DNA of 64,000 nucleotides from a virus: positions 1 to 64,000 of IMG/VR virus record IMGVR_UViG_3300028008_001363. One strand, 5' to 3'. The notes beneath the pieces are model-generated. The model ran no database searches and was not told the DNA's origin. It was given only the letters and a program-made list of their open reading frames with translations. Position numbers and translations under genes: made by a program. This document shows, one piece after another, positions 9,276-17,415 of this stretch; position 1 is the first letter of the stretch, and each line of letters opens with the position of its first letter.

Positions 9276-9940
9276 TGGAAATAGCATATAGTACAGAAAG
9301 TTATTCTACTTACAAAGCAGAATTTAGTGCAACCTTAGTTCAAACAACTGCAATGTTAATGAGTGACATATTTGAAGTAGAGATTACATTTGGATGGTTA
9401 TCACCCGATTATGCAAAAAGTAATGCGGCATTCTTAAAGATAAAATTCTTTATTGAACAGTTGATGCATCAATCTATATTGACCCATCCAACAGCAAAAA
9501 TTGATATGGCAAATATAGAGAACAAAATTGTTATGTTGCCTCATCCACCATCAAATGATGTAATTGCTATGGTACTACATTCAAAACTTACTGCAATAGT
9601 CAGTGAGTATATAGAAATCATAACTGTGAAAGTTGGTAGTAAAGCAATCGACCCAGTTATTTCTTACACTCATGGCGATGATGAATATCCTGCTTTACCA
9701 CCACTAAGTCAATGGGTAGCATCGGATGACTACTATTATGATGAACCATGGTGGCATAGAAACTCAACTGATACACAAGATTACGAAGAATATAAGAAAT
9801 CAGACTTGACATCCGCACCGGATAGTGATACAATATTAGATGACCTAGAAAAAGCAATCCTAGGAGAACTAAAATTAGAAGAAGAAGGTGGAGAAGTAGT
9901 TGAAATCAGTGACTGGAAACCAGAAATCATTGAAGATTAA
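9275..9940 (+). CDS. hypothetical protein (possible T-fold/QueD-like, degenerate)
   Basis: FLKIKFFIEQLMH...PSNDVIA pattern; no metal-binding His cluster. Confidence 0.5.
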   Translation: MEIAYSTESYSTYKAEFSATLVQTTAMLMSDIFEVEITFGWLSPDYAKSNAAFLKIKFFIEQLMHQSILTHPTAKIDMANIENKIVMLPHPPSNDVIAMVLHSKLTAIVSEYIEIITVKVGSKAIDPVISYTHGDDEYPALPPLSQWVASDDYYYDEPWWHRNSTDTQDYEEYKKSDLTSAPDSDTILDDLEKAILGELKLEEEGGEVVEISDWKPEIIED

Positions 9941-10457
9941 TCGTAATATCGACCAATTTGGTAGAGTGATTTATGACGTATATGATTTGTACGACATGAT
10001 TATGTCTGGTGCAGATATGTCTGCAATCAAAGAAGTCAGTTGGAATAGCGATTTTGACAAATACAACGAAGCCATCAAAAAGAACTACGTTGAAACCAAT
10101 AAATTAGAGAAACTTGAGACTATACAACTTGACGTGGAAGAGTTCGATAGAATTAACCAAGAGAATTGGTTCATTCCTGATGAATATAAGACTTTAGATA
10201 TAAAATCTTATGTTTTAGAGAGAACTCCCGCTCATGCAATTGATAGGGTTAACGAAGAACTAAATCTGTATGATAAATACAATATAATAGACGTACTTAA
10301 AGTATGCGTTTATATTATAGATACCCTAAGAAAAAATAATATCGTATGGGGTGTTGGTCGAGGCAGTAGTGTAGCAAGTTATGTGCTATATTTAATTGGT
10401 GTACATAAGGTCGATAGCATTAAATACGAGTTGGACATAAATGAGTTTTTGAGATAA
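9900..10457 (+). CDS. Truncated DNA polymerase III alpha (DnaE)-like protein
   Basis: WGVGRGSSVASYVLYLIGVHKVDSIKYEL..EFL; start may be TTG at 9930. Confidence 0.8.
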   Translation: MKSVTGNQKSLKINRNIDQFGRVIYDVYDLYDMIMSGADMSAIKEVSWNSDFDKYNEAIKKNYVETNKLEKLETIQLDVEEFDRINQENWFIPDEYKTLDIKSYVLERTPAHAIDRVNEELNLYDKYNIIDVLKVCVYIIDTLRKNNIVWGVGRGSSVASYVLYLIGVHKVDSIKYELDINEFLR

Positions 10458-10458
10458 T

Positions 10459-10653
10459 ATGAATAAGAATATAATCAAATTTCCAAATAGTAAAAGAAAA
10501 CTGAGTGATGAAGAAGAAAAAATCATTCGGGTTTCTGCTAATTTGATTCACAATACTTATGTCAATAACAACCCATATATAAAGCCAAAAGAAATGACCG
10601 AAGAAACACTAAAAGAACTTATTCAAAATATTTTTGAATTAAACGAGGAGTAA
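10459..10653 (+). CDS. hypothetical protein
   Basis: NIIKFP motif; in operon. Confidence 0.5.
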   Translation: MNKNIIKFPNSKRKLSDEEEKIIRVSANLIHNTYVNNNPYIKPKEMTEETLKELIQNIFELNEE

Positions 10654-10655
10654 AA

Positions 10656-11117
10656 ATGGCAAACCGTAGAAGTATGCGTGGTGCATCAATTGATTTAGCA
10701 AAATTGATGGCTCGCCAAGAAAAAAATATTACTGTCGGCAATACTAAAACAAATGCCCGTGGTGACCAGTTGGGTAAAGGTGGTAGAATTGTAAAAACTG
10801 CTGATGAACTTGCAAGAGAACACTATAACAGAAACGACCCGAAAGCGGTTGTCCAAGGCGGCATTAAAATAGACGATGATACTCCTGAAATTCAGAACAC
10901 TAGAGTACAGGAAGTAGAAAAGCCAGTAGAAGATGATTGGGTAGAACCAACCCCACCACCGGCAGAACCGAAACCTAAAGCAAAAGCAGTTGAAGAAGAC
11001 GACCCTTGGGTTGAAGACAAAGATGGAAATTTTGTAAGAAAAAGTGAGCAGGAGCAACATGAACGAGTTTCAAAACCTACAAGTAAGAAGCAACAACCAG
11101 CAAAGAAAAACAAATAA
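10656..11117 (+). CDS. hypothetical phage protein
   Basis: SD GAGGAG; VGN..NARGD.LG.GG motif. Confidence 0.7.
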   Translation: MANRRSMRGASIDLAKLMARQEKNITVGNTKTNARGDQLGKGGRIVKTADELAREHYNRNDPKAVVQGGIKIDDDTPEIQNTRVQEVEKPVEDDWVEPTPPPAEPKPKAKAVEEDDPWVEDKDGNFVRKSEQEQHERVSKPTSKKQQPAKKNK

Positions 11118-11118
11118 T

Positions 11119-11466
11119 ATGAGTGAGACAATTAGACCTCTACACGATACTATTATCTTAACGAACCTAGAAGTAGGTGAAAGAAAGAGTGCAGGTGGTA
11201 TCATAATTGCTGACGATGATGGCAAAGAACATGGCATCAGAGCCAGATGGGCACAAGTCTATGCAATTGGACCAGAACAGAACGATGTAAAAGTCGGTGA
11301 ATGGGTACTGATGCAACATGGCAGATGGACACGTGGTCAAGACTTTGCACTCAAAGGTCAAAAGCCTTTTCGTTTTTGGAAAGCAGACCCTAAAGGTATT
11401 CTTGGTATCAGCACAGTTGGTAAACCAAAGAATATTGAAGTCGAAACTATCGTTGATACCGACTAG
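11119..11466 (+). CDS. groES: GroES/Cpn10-like co-chaperonin
   Basis: IRPLHD, KSAGGII, AIGP, VKVGE. Confidence 0.85.
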   Translation: MSETIRPLHDTIILTNLEVGERKSAGGIIIADDDGKEHGIRARWAQVYAIGPEQNDVKVGEWVLMQHGRWTRGQDFALKGQKPFRFWKADPKGILGISTVGKPKNIEVETIVDTD

Positions 11467-11483
11467 AAAAAACACCTAAAAAC

Positions 11484-11522
11484 TTGACAAAACCTCGAAT
11501 CAGTGTATACTATAAGTATAGT
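11484..11522 (+). promoter_or_regulatory. Early promoter with overlapping palindrome
   Basis: TTGACA-16-TATACT; ACTATA-AG-TATAGT at 11509-11522. Confidence 0.8.
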
Positions 11523-11543
11523 TAATCAATGAGAGGTTATAAT

Positions 11544-11783
11544 ATGTTTAGAATCCCTAGTTTTTACCAAGACAATCCAACTTTTGAAGATGCATGGAAA
11601 ACAATCGCTTTTTGCGGTGACAATGATGCATTAGCAGGTATGGAATTTATGAACCGTAAATGGGAAGAGCATTGTTCATCAGAAGATGATGATGATACAT
11701 TTTTTGAGAATTGGTCATACGAAGCAAATGCTTATAACGTAGTGTTTGCAAACATGAATAAACTTTTTGGAAAGGCGGCTTAA
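11544..11783 (+). CDS. small acidic early protein
   Basis: ATG after GAGG. Confidence 0.65.
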   Translation: MFRIPSFYQDNPTFEDAWKTIAFCGDNDALAGMEFMNRKWEEHCSSEDDDDTFFENWSYEANAYNVVFANMNKLFGKAA

Positions 11784-11784
11784 G

Positions 11785-11982
11785 ATGATACGCATTTTTA
11801 ATAGTGCTTACTATGAAGATACTGGCGCAGAACGTCTAATACCTTTAGAAGAGGCTGACATCATAGAACAGAGAATAGATGCAAAGGGTCGTCCTTTTAT
11901 ATTCTTTGAGCATAAAGATTATCCATTAGGTGGTCTTCGTGCCTGGTATGACGGAACTTATTGGCAATGTGATATGGATTAA
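11785..11982 (+). CDS. small hypothetical protein
   Basis: ORF following the previous stop. Confidence 0.6.
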   Translation: MIRIFNSAYYEDTGAERLIPLEEADIIEQRIDAKGRPFIFFEHKDYPLGGLRAWYDGTYWQCDMD

Positions 11983-11986
11983 AAAC

Positions 11987-12014
11987 TTGACAACCACGCC
12001 AAATGTGTTATATT
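11987..12014 (+). promoter_or_regulatory. Early promoter
   Basis: TTGACA-16-TATATT. Confidence 0.8.
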
Positions 12015-12044
12015 AATTAAGTAATCAGAGAGAAAGAGAATCAC

Positions 12045-12353
12045 ATGTCAAAATTAAGCAATGAAACAAGAATGGTCTTCGATTGTGAAACAACAAAAGC
12101 AATGGGTATCGCAGATGGCGAATACGAATTGCGTACTAACATGGCGGATTATCGTTCAGAAAGTGATGAATTTATTACGTTGCAATGGGCAACAGATAAC
12201 AAAGTTAACGTAATCCAAGGAAATTGGGATGTTGATTCTGTTCTTAAAGCCTCAGAACATCTTATGGATGCTTGTGGATATCATGGCGTATATGTTGAAC
12301 AACTAGATTATAACATAGAAAATAACTTTATTGAGTTAACTGTGGGTTCGTAA
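12045..12353 (+). CDS. small acidic early protein
   Basis: Own promoter, 102 aa. Confidence 0.65.
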   Translation: MSKLSNETRMVFDCETTKAMGIADGEYELRTNMADYRSESDEFITLQWATDNKVNVIQGNWDVDSVLKASEHLMDACGYHGVYVEQLDYNIENNFIELTVGS

Positions 12354-12357
12354 AAAC

Positions 12358-12385
12358 TTGACAAAACCTAGAATCATGCTATAAT
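12358..12385 (+). promoter_or_regulatory. Early promoter
   Basis: TTGACA-16-TATAAT. Confidence 0.85.
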
Positions 12386-12419
12386 GTATACATAAATGAG
12401 AAAAAATAGAGAGGTTAAA

Positions 12420-13001
12420 TTGAAAGACGAAAAGATTATATTGACAGATTGTGACGGAGTTCTTCTCGCTTGGGAAGATGCATTCCACGATTGGATGAAG
12501 ACTAAGGGCTTCACTAAAAAAGCAGAAGCGACTTATGATATTTCTACTACATTCGGTATTCCTAAGACTTTAGGTAAGAAGTTAGTTAAAGAATTTAATG
12601 AAAGTGCTTGGATGGGCTTCCTTCCTGCGTACAAAGATGCAAGAAGTGGTGTTGCCAAACTAGTTGAACATGGCTGGAAATTCATTGTGATTACTAGTTT
12701 AAGTTTAGATGTGAAAGCACAGATGCTACGAATTAGCAACTTGAAAAACATATTCGGTAAGAATGTCTTTATCGATGTTATCTGTTTAGACACAGGTGCT
12801 GACAAAGATGAAGAACTTGTAAAGTTTAAAGATTCTGGGTTGTACTGGATTGAAGATAAGCCAGAGAATGCAGAAGCAGGACTAAAATACGGGTTGAAGC
12901 CTATTGTTATTGAACATGAACATAACAAAGACCACAAAGCAGAGGGTATTGATTATGCTTATGACTGGGAAGAAATCTACAACATTATAGAAAGAGGTTA
13001 A
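12420..13001 (+). CDS. HAD-superfamily phosphatase (5'-deoxynucleotidase-like)
   Basis: DCDGVL, ITS, K and WIEDK motifs; TTG start after GAGG. Confidence 0.8.
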   Translation: MKDEKIILTDCDGVLLAWEDAFHDWMKTKGFTKKAEATYDISTTFGIPKTLGKKLVKEFNESAWMGFLPAYKDARSGVAKLVEHGWKFIVITSLSLDVKAQMLRISNLKNIFGKNVFIDVICLDTGADKDEELVKFKDSGLYWIEDKPENAEAGLKYGLKPIVIEHEHNKDHKAEGIDYAYDWEEIYNIIERG

Positions 13002-13003
13002 AA

Positions 13004-13168
13004 ATGAGTGATTTATATTTTGTGCAAGTAATTGCAGAAGACGGTGCTGTCTCACGTTGGGAAGCATTGGACAAAACTCAAGCAGACTTTGTTTACAATC
13101 AACAAGTTATCATTTATGGTGCTGAAAATTGCACTATCGGAAAATCTATGGACGCTTACACGCTATAG
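13004..13168 (+). CDS. small hypothetical protein (54 aa, not in ORF track)
   Basis: GAGG SD; MSDLYFVQVIAED... Confidence 0.55.
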   Translation: MSDLYFVQVIAEDGAVSRWEALDKTQADFVYNQQVIIYGAENCTIGKSMDAYTL

Positions 13169-13178
13169 AAATCATATT

Positions 13179-13264
13179 GCTCTCGTGGTGGAATTGGTAT
13201 ACACAACAGACTTAAAATCTGTCGCCCTTAGGGCTTGGCGGTTCGAGTCCGCCCGAGAGTACCA
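13179..13264 (+). tRNA. tRNA-Leu(TAA)
   Basis: ACAGA-CT-TAA-AA-TCTGT; long variable arm; CCA. Confidence 0.95.
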
Positions 13265-13273
13265 TCATTAGTT

Positions 13274-13348
13274 TCGCCTGTAGTTCAACGGTAGAACCTG
13301 CCGCTCATAACGGTTATGTTGTCAGTTCGAATCTGGCCGGGCGAACCA
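13274..13348 (+). tRNA. tRNA with CAT anticodon (Met or Ile2)
   Basis: GCCG-CT-CAT-AA-CGGT; TTCGAAT; CCA. Confidence 0.9.
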
Positions 13349-13367
13349 AAATTAAAAGGAGTATAGT

Positions 13368-13532
13368 ATGAATGATTTAATCAGAGATATCGAAATCCTA
13401 GAAAGTGCAATTATTGCCTTTACTGAAGGTGCAAGTGATGAAAAACGGATGTCGTTAAATTCACTTGAGGGTTTAATTGCTGAAAAGAAAAGTATTATCA
13501 AAAGTTTTGAAGATACTTATAACGAAGAATAA
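13368..13532 (+). CDS. small hypothetical protein within tRNA array (54 aa, not in ORF track)
   Basis: AGGAG SD; MNDLIRDIEILESAII... Confidence 0.6.
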   Translation: MNDLIRDIEILESAIIAFTEGASDEKRMSLNSLEGLIAEKKSIIKSFEDTYNEE

Positions 13533-13622
13533 GGAAGATTGGCTGAGTGGTCGAAAGCACCGGTTTACTAAACCGACGAAGAGGCAACTCTTCCTAGGGT
13601 TCGAATCCCTAATCTTCCGCCA
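13533..13622 (+). tRNA. tRNA-Ser(ACT), unusual A34 anticodon
   Basis: GGAAGAT/ATCTTCC acceptor, G73, long variable arm GAAGAG-GCAA-CTCTTC, loop TT-ACT-AA. Confidence 0.9.
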
Positions 13623-13623
13623 A

Positions 13624-13845
13624 GGACCCGTTGGGTGGCGCCCAACTAGTATGCCGTTGGTGAGGCATATGAAGATGAAACTGTATCGCTACGGTAAATA
13701 AAATCACCCGATGCAAGTATGCCGGCAAGTGTTTGTCGTTAGTGTGAGTGAGGTGGAGCGTGTTGCTGAAATATTGCAACGTCAGTCACAAGGAAGAATT
13801 CCCTTGATTGACTTGAAAGCCTTGAAACCTACCACACATACACTC
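13624..13845 (+). ncRNA. Candidate multi-hairpin ncRNA(s) in the tRNA array
   Basis: At least six stems in 220 nt; no credible ORF. Confidence 0.5.
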
Positions 13846-13853
13846 TAATTTTA

Positions 13854-13930
13854 CTGCTCGTGGCTCAACTGGATAGAGCAACGGCCTTCTAAGCCGTAGG
13901 TTGCAGGTTCAAGTCCTGCCGAGCAGGCCA
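13854..13930 (+). tRNA. tRNA-Arg(TCT)
   Basis: ACGGC-CT-TCT-AA-GCCGT; CCA. Confidence 0.95.
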
Positions 13931-13933
13931 ATA

Positions 13934-14010
13934 CGGAGTATAGGCTAGTCTGGTAAGTCGCTACGTTTGGGACGTAGAAATCGTAGGTTCAAATCCTACT
14001 ACTCCGACCA
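13934..14010 (+). tRNA. tRNA-Pro(TGG)
   Basis: CTACG-TT-TGG-GA-CGTAG; CCA. Confidence 0.95.
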
Positions 14011-14012
14011 GT

Positions 14013-14045
14013 AAAAAGGGGAGCATGTTATTTGCTCCCCTTTGT
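14013..14045. terminator. Bidirectional intrinsic terminator
   Basis: AAAAA-GGGGAGCA-loop-TGCTCCCC-TTT between the convergent tRNA array and phoH. Confidence 0.85.
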
Positions 14046-14053
14046 CATCCCGT

Positions 14054-14800
14054 TTATTCGTCTTCGCCGTAAATTTCTAATATTTCTATCACTGCTGGAT
14101 GCCTTTCTACATCTTGCATATCAAATTGTGAGATTGAAATGTGTGATAGTCTTTGTTCATCTTTTTCGAAGTGGTCAACTAATTGAATGAAGTCAGAAAG
14201 TCCGTTTTCTGAAAATCCGCGGTCATGTTGTTTTAAATCTCCCGTGACTATCATTTTTGTGTTGTTGCCTATTCTCGTTAATAACATCTTCATTTGCGAT
14301 TTCGTTGCATTTTGCATTTCATCTGCAATAATCCATGAATCTTCAAACGTTCTGCCTCTCATGTAGGCTAAAGGTGCTATTTCTATGATATTCTCTAATA
14401 ACATGTTTTCGATTTGAACTACCGTAAAATGTTTTTCGAATATATCAAATATTGGTCTTGTCCATGGCGCCATCTTTTCATTCAAGTCGCCTGGCAAAAA
14501 ACCGTGTTGCTCATCAACCGACACTGCCGGTCTTGTTATTACTATTTTGGAGACCTCCCGTTCCATATATGCTTTAATACCCATTTGTGTACACAACAGA
14601 GTTTTACCGGTACCAGCAGGACCAATCGCAAATACGATATTTGTACTTGGGTCGGCTAACTGATAAAGGTAATCTTCCTGTGCAACATTTCTAGGTAAAA
14701 TTGTAGGTGTTCTTTTACTATAAAGTGGTACGATATCATTGCTGTTATTGTATGCTTTATGATTGTTATTCTGTCTCTCAACACGTTTTTTTCGTGCCAT
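14054..14800 (-). CDS. phoH: PhoH-family ATPase
   Basis: GPAGTGKT, GFLPGD, YMRGRT, DEMQN, LTRIG, GD..Q. Confidence 0.96.
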   Translation of the reverse strand: MARKKRVERQNNNHKAYNNSNDIVPLYSKRTPTILPRNVAQEDYLYQLADPSTNIVFAIGPAGTGKTLLCTQMGIKAYMEREVSKIVITRPAVSVDEQHGFLPGDLNEKMAPWTRPIFDIFEKHFTVVQIENMLLENIIEIAPLAYMRGRTFEDSWIIADEMQNATKSQMKMLLTRIGNNTKMIVTGDLKQHDRGFSENGLSDFIQLVDHFEKDEQRLSHISISQFDMQDVERHPAVIEILEIYGEDE

Positions 14801-14927
14801 ATTGTTCCTCCTGATGAGGGATTTTCAGAAAGTAAACATCTCTGCTTACAAAGGTATTTAGCCAAGTAGTAATAGAATATACATAATATATAATTAAACG
14901 AGATAAAAATATTTCCGTTCTGGAAAT

Positions 14928-14935
14928 GATAAATA
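14928..14935 (+). promoter_or_regulatory. T4-like late promoter
   Basis: GATAAATA upstream of 14963. Confidence 0.55.
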
Positions 14936-14962
14936 CATTTATAATTGTGGAGAAATACAAAT

Positions 14963-15469
14963 ATGGACGATATTAAGCAAAATGACATCATTGATAATCT
15001 AAGAAATGTTGATGGTAATGGCACTTTATTAGATATTCTATTAGAATTTGAACATATGCTCGAAGAACAGGGTATGTACGGATATGAGAATTGGAAACAA
15101 GGTGAAGTTGCTCAAGGTCCTAAATTGTCCAGATACTGGCTAAATGTTACTTTAATGTATCCATACCTAAAAATGCCTAATCCAAAAGCGAAAGCAAGAT
15201 TAGAAAACATTGGGTGTGATGTTAAATTTAAGAAAGCAACATTAAAAACTCCAAGAACAGTTAAAAAACAAGAAGATTTGGACTCAAACAAAAAACCAAA
15301 GTTAGATTCAGAAGACGTTTGGTTAGTTGATATTTGGATGCCACGTAAATTTGTTGATGAAGCATTAACAGGTAAAGATGTAGTTGATGGCGACATCAAT
15401 CAATCAGAATTATCTAATGCTTATGAAACTGGGTTAGATGATGAAACTAAACTTGGGCAGGATACATAA
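14963..15469 (+). CDS. hypothetical phage protein
   Basis: ATG after GGAG; NW..GE...GP..SRYW, MPNP. Confidence 0.7.
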   Translation: MDDIKQNDIIDNLRNVDGNGTLLDILLEFEHMLEEQGMYGYENWKQGEVAQGPKLSRYWLNVTLMYPYLKMPNPKAKARLENIGCDVKFKKATLKTPRTVKKQEDLDSNKKPKLDSEDVWLVDIWMPRKFVDEALTGKDVVDGDINQSELSNAYETGLDDETKLGQDT

Positions 15470-15879
15470 TGAAATACGAAGAATTTAATGAAGGTGTAGA
15501 ATACGGTGATTTAGTATCTTTAGTAGATAAGACTGTATCAGTTGGCGAGTTTAAACCTAAAACAGGTACAGAAGATGATGTTATTGTTATAGGATTTTAT
15601 ATCAAAGACGAAGCACCAGCACTAGACTTAGCAAAGTTTATTGAAAGAGGTGTAACATCTATATTAGATACTGAAGTTTCTCCAAACCCAAATGACGTTG
15701 GTATGTATATTGTATTTGTTGAAGTTGAGAACGAAGATTTAATGAACGTTACTATGAGTTTGATAAACGACATTCATGGATTAGTAAAAAATGATGAATG
15801 GGAAATTAAGTTCTATAAGCGTCCAGCAATTAAAGTAAAGGCAGAAGAAATTAAAGAATGGCTAAAGAAGAACCGTTAA
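15469..15879 (+). CDS. hypothetical protein with capsid-targeting-like N-terminus
   Basis: MKYEEFNE resembles the T4 internal-protein leader MKTYQEFIAE. Confidence 0.6.
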   Translation: MKYEEFNEGVEYGDLVSLVDKTVSVGEFKPKTGTEDDVIVIGFYIKDEAPALDLAKFIERGVTSILDTEVSPNPNDVGMYIVFVEVENEDLMNVTMSLINDIHGLVKNDEWEIKFYKRPAIKVKAEEIKEWLKKNR

Positions 15880-16082
15880 AGTTCGAAGGTAAAGTAATTA
15901 AGATTCTTCCTGGCGACAAATTCGAGGTAAAACTCGATGGTGAAACCGAACATATGGTAAAATGTACATTGTCGGGTAAAATGCGTAAAAACAGTATCAA
16001 AGTTATCCTATGGGATAAAGTCTCAGTTGAAATGACCCCATATGATTTGAGCATGGGTAGAATCACTTTCCGACACAAATAA
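15858..16082 (+). CDS. infA: Translation initiation factor IF-1
   Basis: MAKEEPLKFEGKV..LP, SGKMRKNSIKV, DKVSVEMTPYDLSMGRITFR. Confidence 0.95.
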   Translation: MAKEEPLKFEGKVIKILPGDKFEVKLDGETEHMVKCTLSGKMRKNSIKVILWDKVSVEMTPYDLSMGRITFRHK

Positions 16083-16097
16083 AAAAGAAAGAAAGTT

Positions 16098-16577
16098 ATG
16101 ATATTAGGTAAAATAAAATTGGTAATCATTATGGCCGCTATTACAGGAGTAGTAGGATTTGGTGCATGGAAATATTATCAATATACACAAGAGCAAATTG
16201 GCATCTATAGAGAAAATGCCGCTAAAGCAGAATTGGCACAGCAAGCCTCAGAAGCGGCTGTTAAGGCTATACAAAAAGACTTAGTAGAAGTACAGGCACA
16301 ATATACTAGAGTGTCAGATGATTTTAAAGTTGCAAGTTCGAGGGTAAACAAATTAGAATCTAAACTAAGTGAACATGAACTTGGAGACTTGGCACAAGCA
16401 AAACCAAAATTAATTGAAAGAATAGTTGACAAAGGTACCAAAGATGTGTTAAGATGTTATGAGATACTAACTGGTTCACCACTAACTGAGAAAGAAATTG
16501 CGGTGACAAAGAAGTCACAAGCGAACACAACTTGTTCAGATGTGGCAAATCCTAATTATACGGGGCCAAGACCATGA
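16098..16577 (+). CDS. i-spanin (Rz-like)
   Basis: N-terminal TM plus coiled coil; overlaps a lipoprotein gene. Confidence 0.65.
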   Translation: MILGKIKLVIIMAAITGVVGFGAWKYYQYTQEQIGIYRENAAKAELAQQASEAAVKAIQKDLVEVQAQYTRVSDDFKVASSRVNKLESKLSEHELGDLAQAKPKLIERIVDKGTKDVLRCYEILTGSPLTEKEIAVTKKSQANTTCSDVANPNYTGPRP

Positions 16578-17026
16578 TTAAAGAAACATTATTAGCAGGA
16601 ACACTAGCAGTAGTACTAAGTGGATGTTCTGCTACACTACCAAAAAAAGTTGATTACTCAGCAGAACCAGTAGAACGTCCATTACTTGTTTTGCCAGAAT
16701 CTGAAATAGCGAATATGAAAGAAGTAGATTATCTCGTGGTTACAGAAGAAAACATTGATGAAGTTTGGAGAGAATTAGAAGCGTCTGGTAAACCTGTTGT
16801 ATTATTTGCACTTACACACGAAGGTTATGAAGCGTTATCATTAAACAATGCTGAAGTGATTAGATACCTTTCTGAACAAAAAGCAATTCTTATTGCATAT
16901 AAAGAATATTACGAAAAAGCCGACAAGGCAATCGAAGATGCGAATGTTATTTCTGAGGCAGAACAGGCACTTGATTCAAAGCCAAGTTCACTCTCAAAGA
17001 TAAAATCATTCCTTAAATCAGATTAA
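16574..17026 (+). CDS. o-spanin (Rz1-like lipoprotein)
   Basis: Lipobox VLSGC; ATGA overlap. Confidence 0.65.
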   Translation: MIKETLLAGTLAVVLSGCSATLPKKVDYSAEPVERPLLVLPESEIANMKEVDYLVVTEENIDEVWRELEASGKPVVLFALTHEGYEALSLNNAEVIRYLSEQKAILIAYKEYYEKADKAIEDANVISEAEQALDSKPSSLSKIKSFLKSD

Positions 17027-17028
17027 TT

Positions 17029-17415
17029 ATGTCACCATTCAAGGTTCTAGGCATAACCAAATACTCCAGTGAAGATGAGATAAGAATTGCATATAAGCGA
17101 TTGTTAATGAAACATCATCCAGACACAGGTGATGGCGACAGACAGAAACTTGATGATATTAGACAAGCATTTACAGATATTAAAAAGATACAATCAGACA
17201 GTGGCAGTATTATCACAGTCACATTGAATGTAAAAGTAAGTGAAGAAGAACTAGACGCAATGAGAGGGACTAAGTCTGGATTTAGAGATGATATATCTCC
17301 AGATATTCATTACATTGTTACAGTACCAAAGACCACTAGAATAGGTGACACAATTTTAGTAAAAAACATTATAAATAATACGAACTTGAAGATTAATTTT
17401 CTAAAGAGGACATAG
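17029..17415 (+). CDS. DnaJ-domain protein
   Basis: PFKVLGI, AYKRLLMKHHPD. Confidence 0.85.
   Translation: MSPFKVLGITKYSSEDEIRIAYKRLLMKHHPDTGDGDRQKLDDIRQAFTDIKKIQSDSGSIITVTLNVKVSEEELDAMRGTKSGFRDDISPDIHYIVTVPKTTRIGDTILVKNIINNTNLKINFLKRT

Noticed and set aside
13032-13271. ORF-track 79-aa ORF
   Set aside because: Overlaps tRNA-Leu and a better SD-led ORF at 13004-13168
13564-13572. Reading the tRNA-Ser loop as an amber suppressor (CTA) with stop-codon recoding
   Set aside because: Loop register puts ACT after U33; TAG, TGA and TAA all terminate intact genes in this window
13477-13701. ORF-track 74-aa ORF
   Set aside because: Runs through tRNA-Ser and structured RNA; no SD
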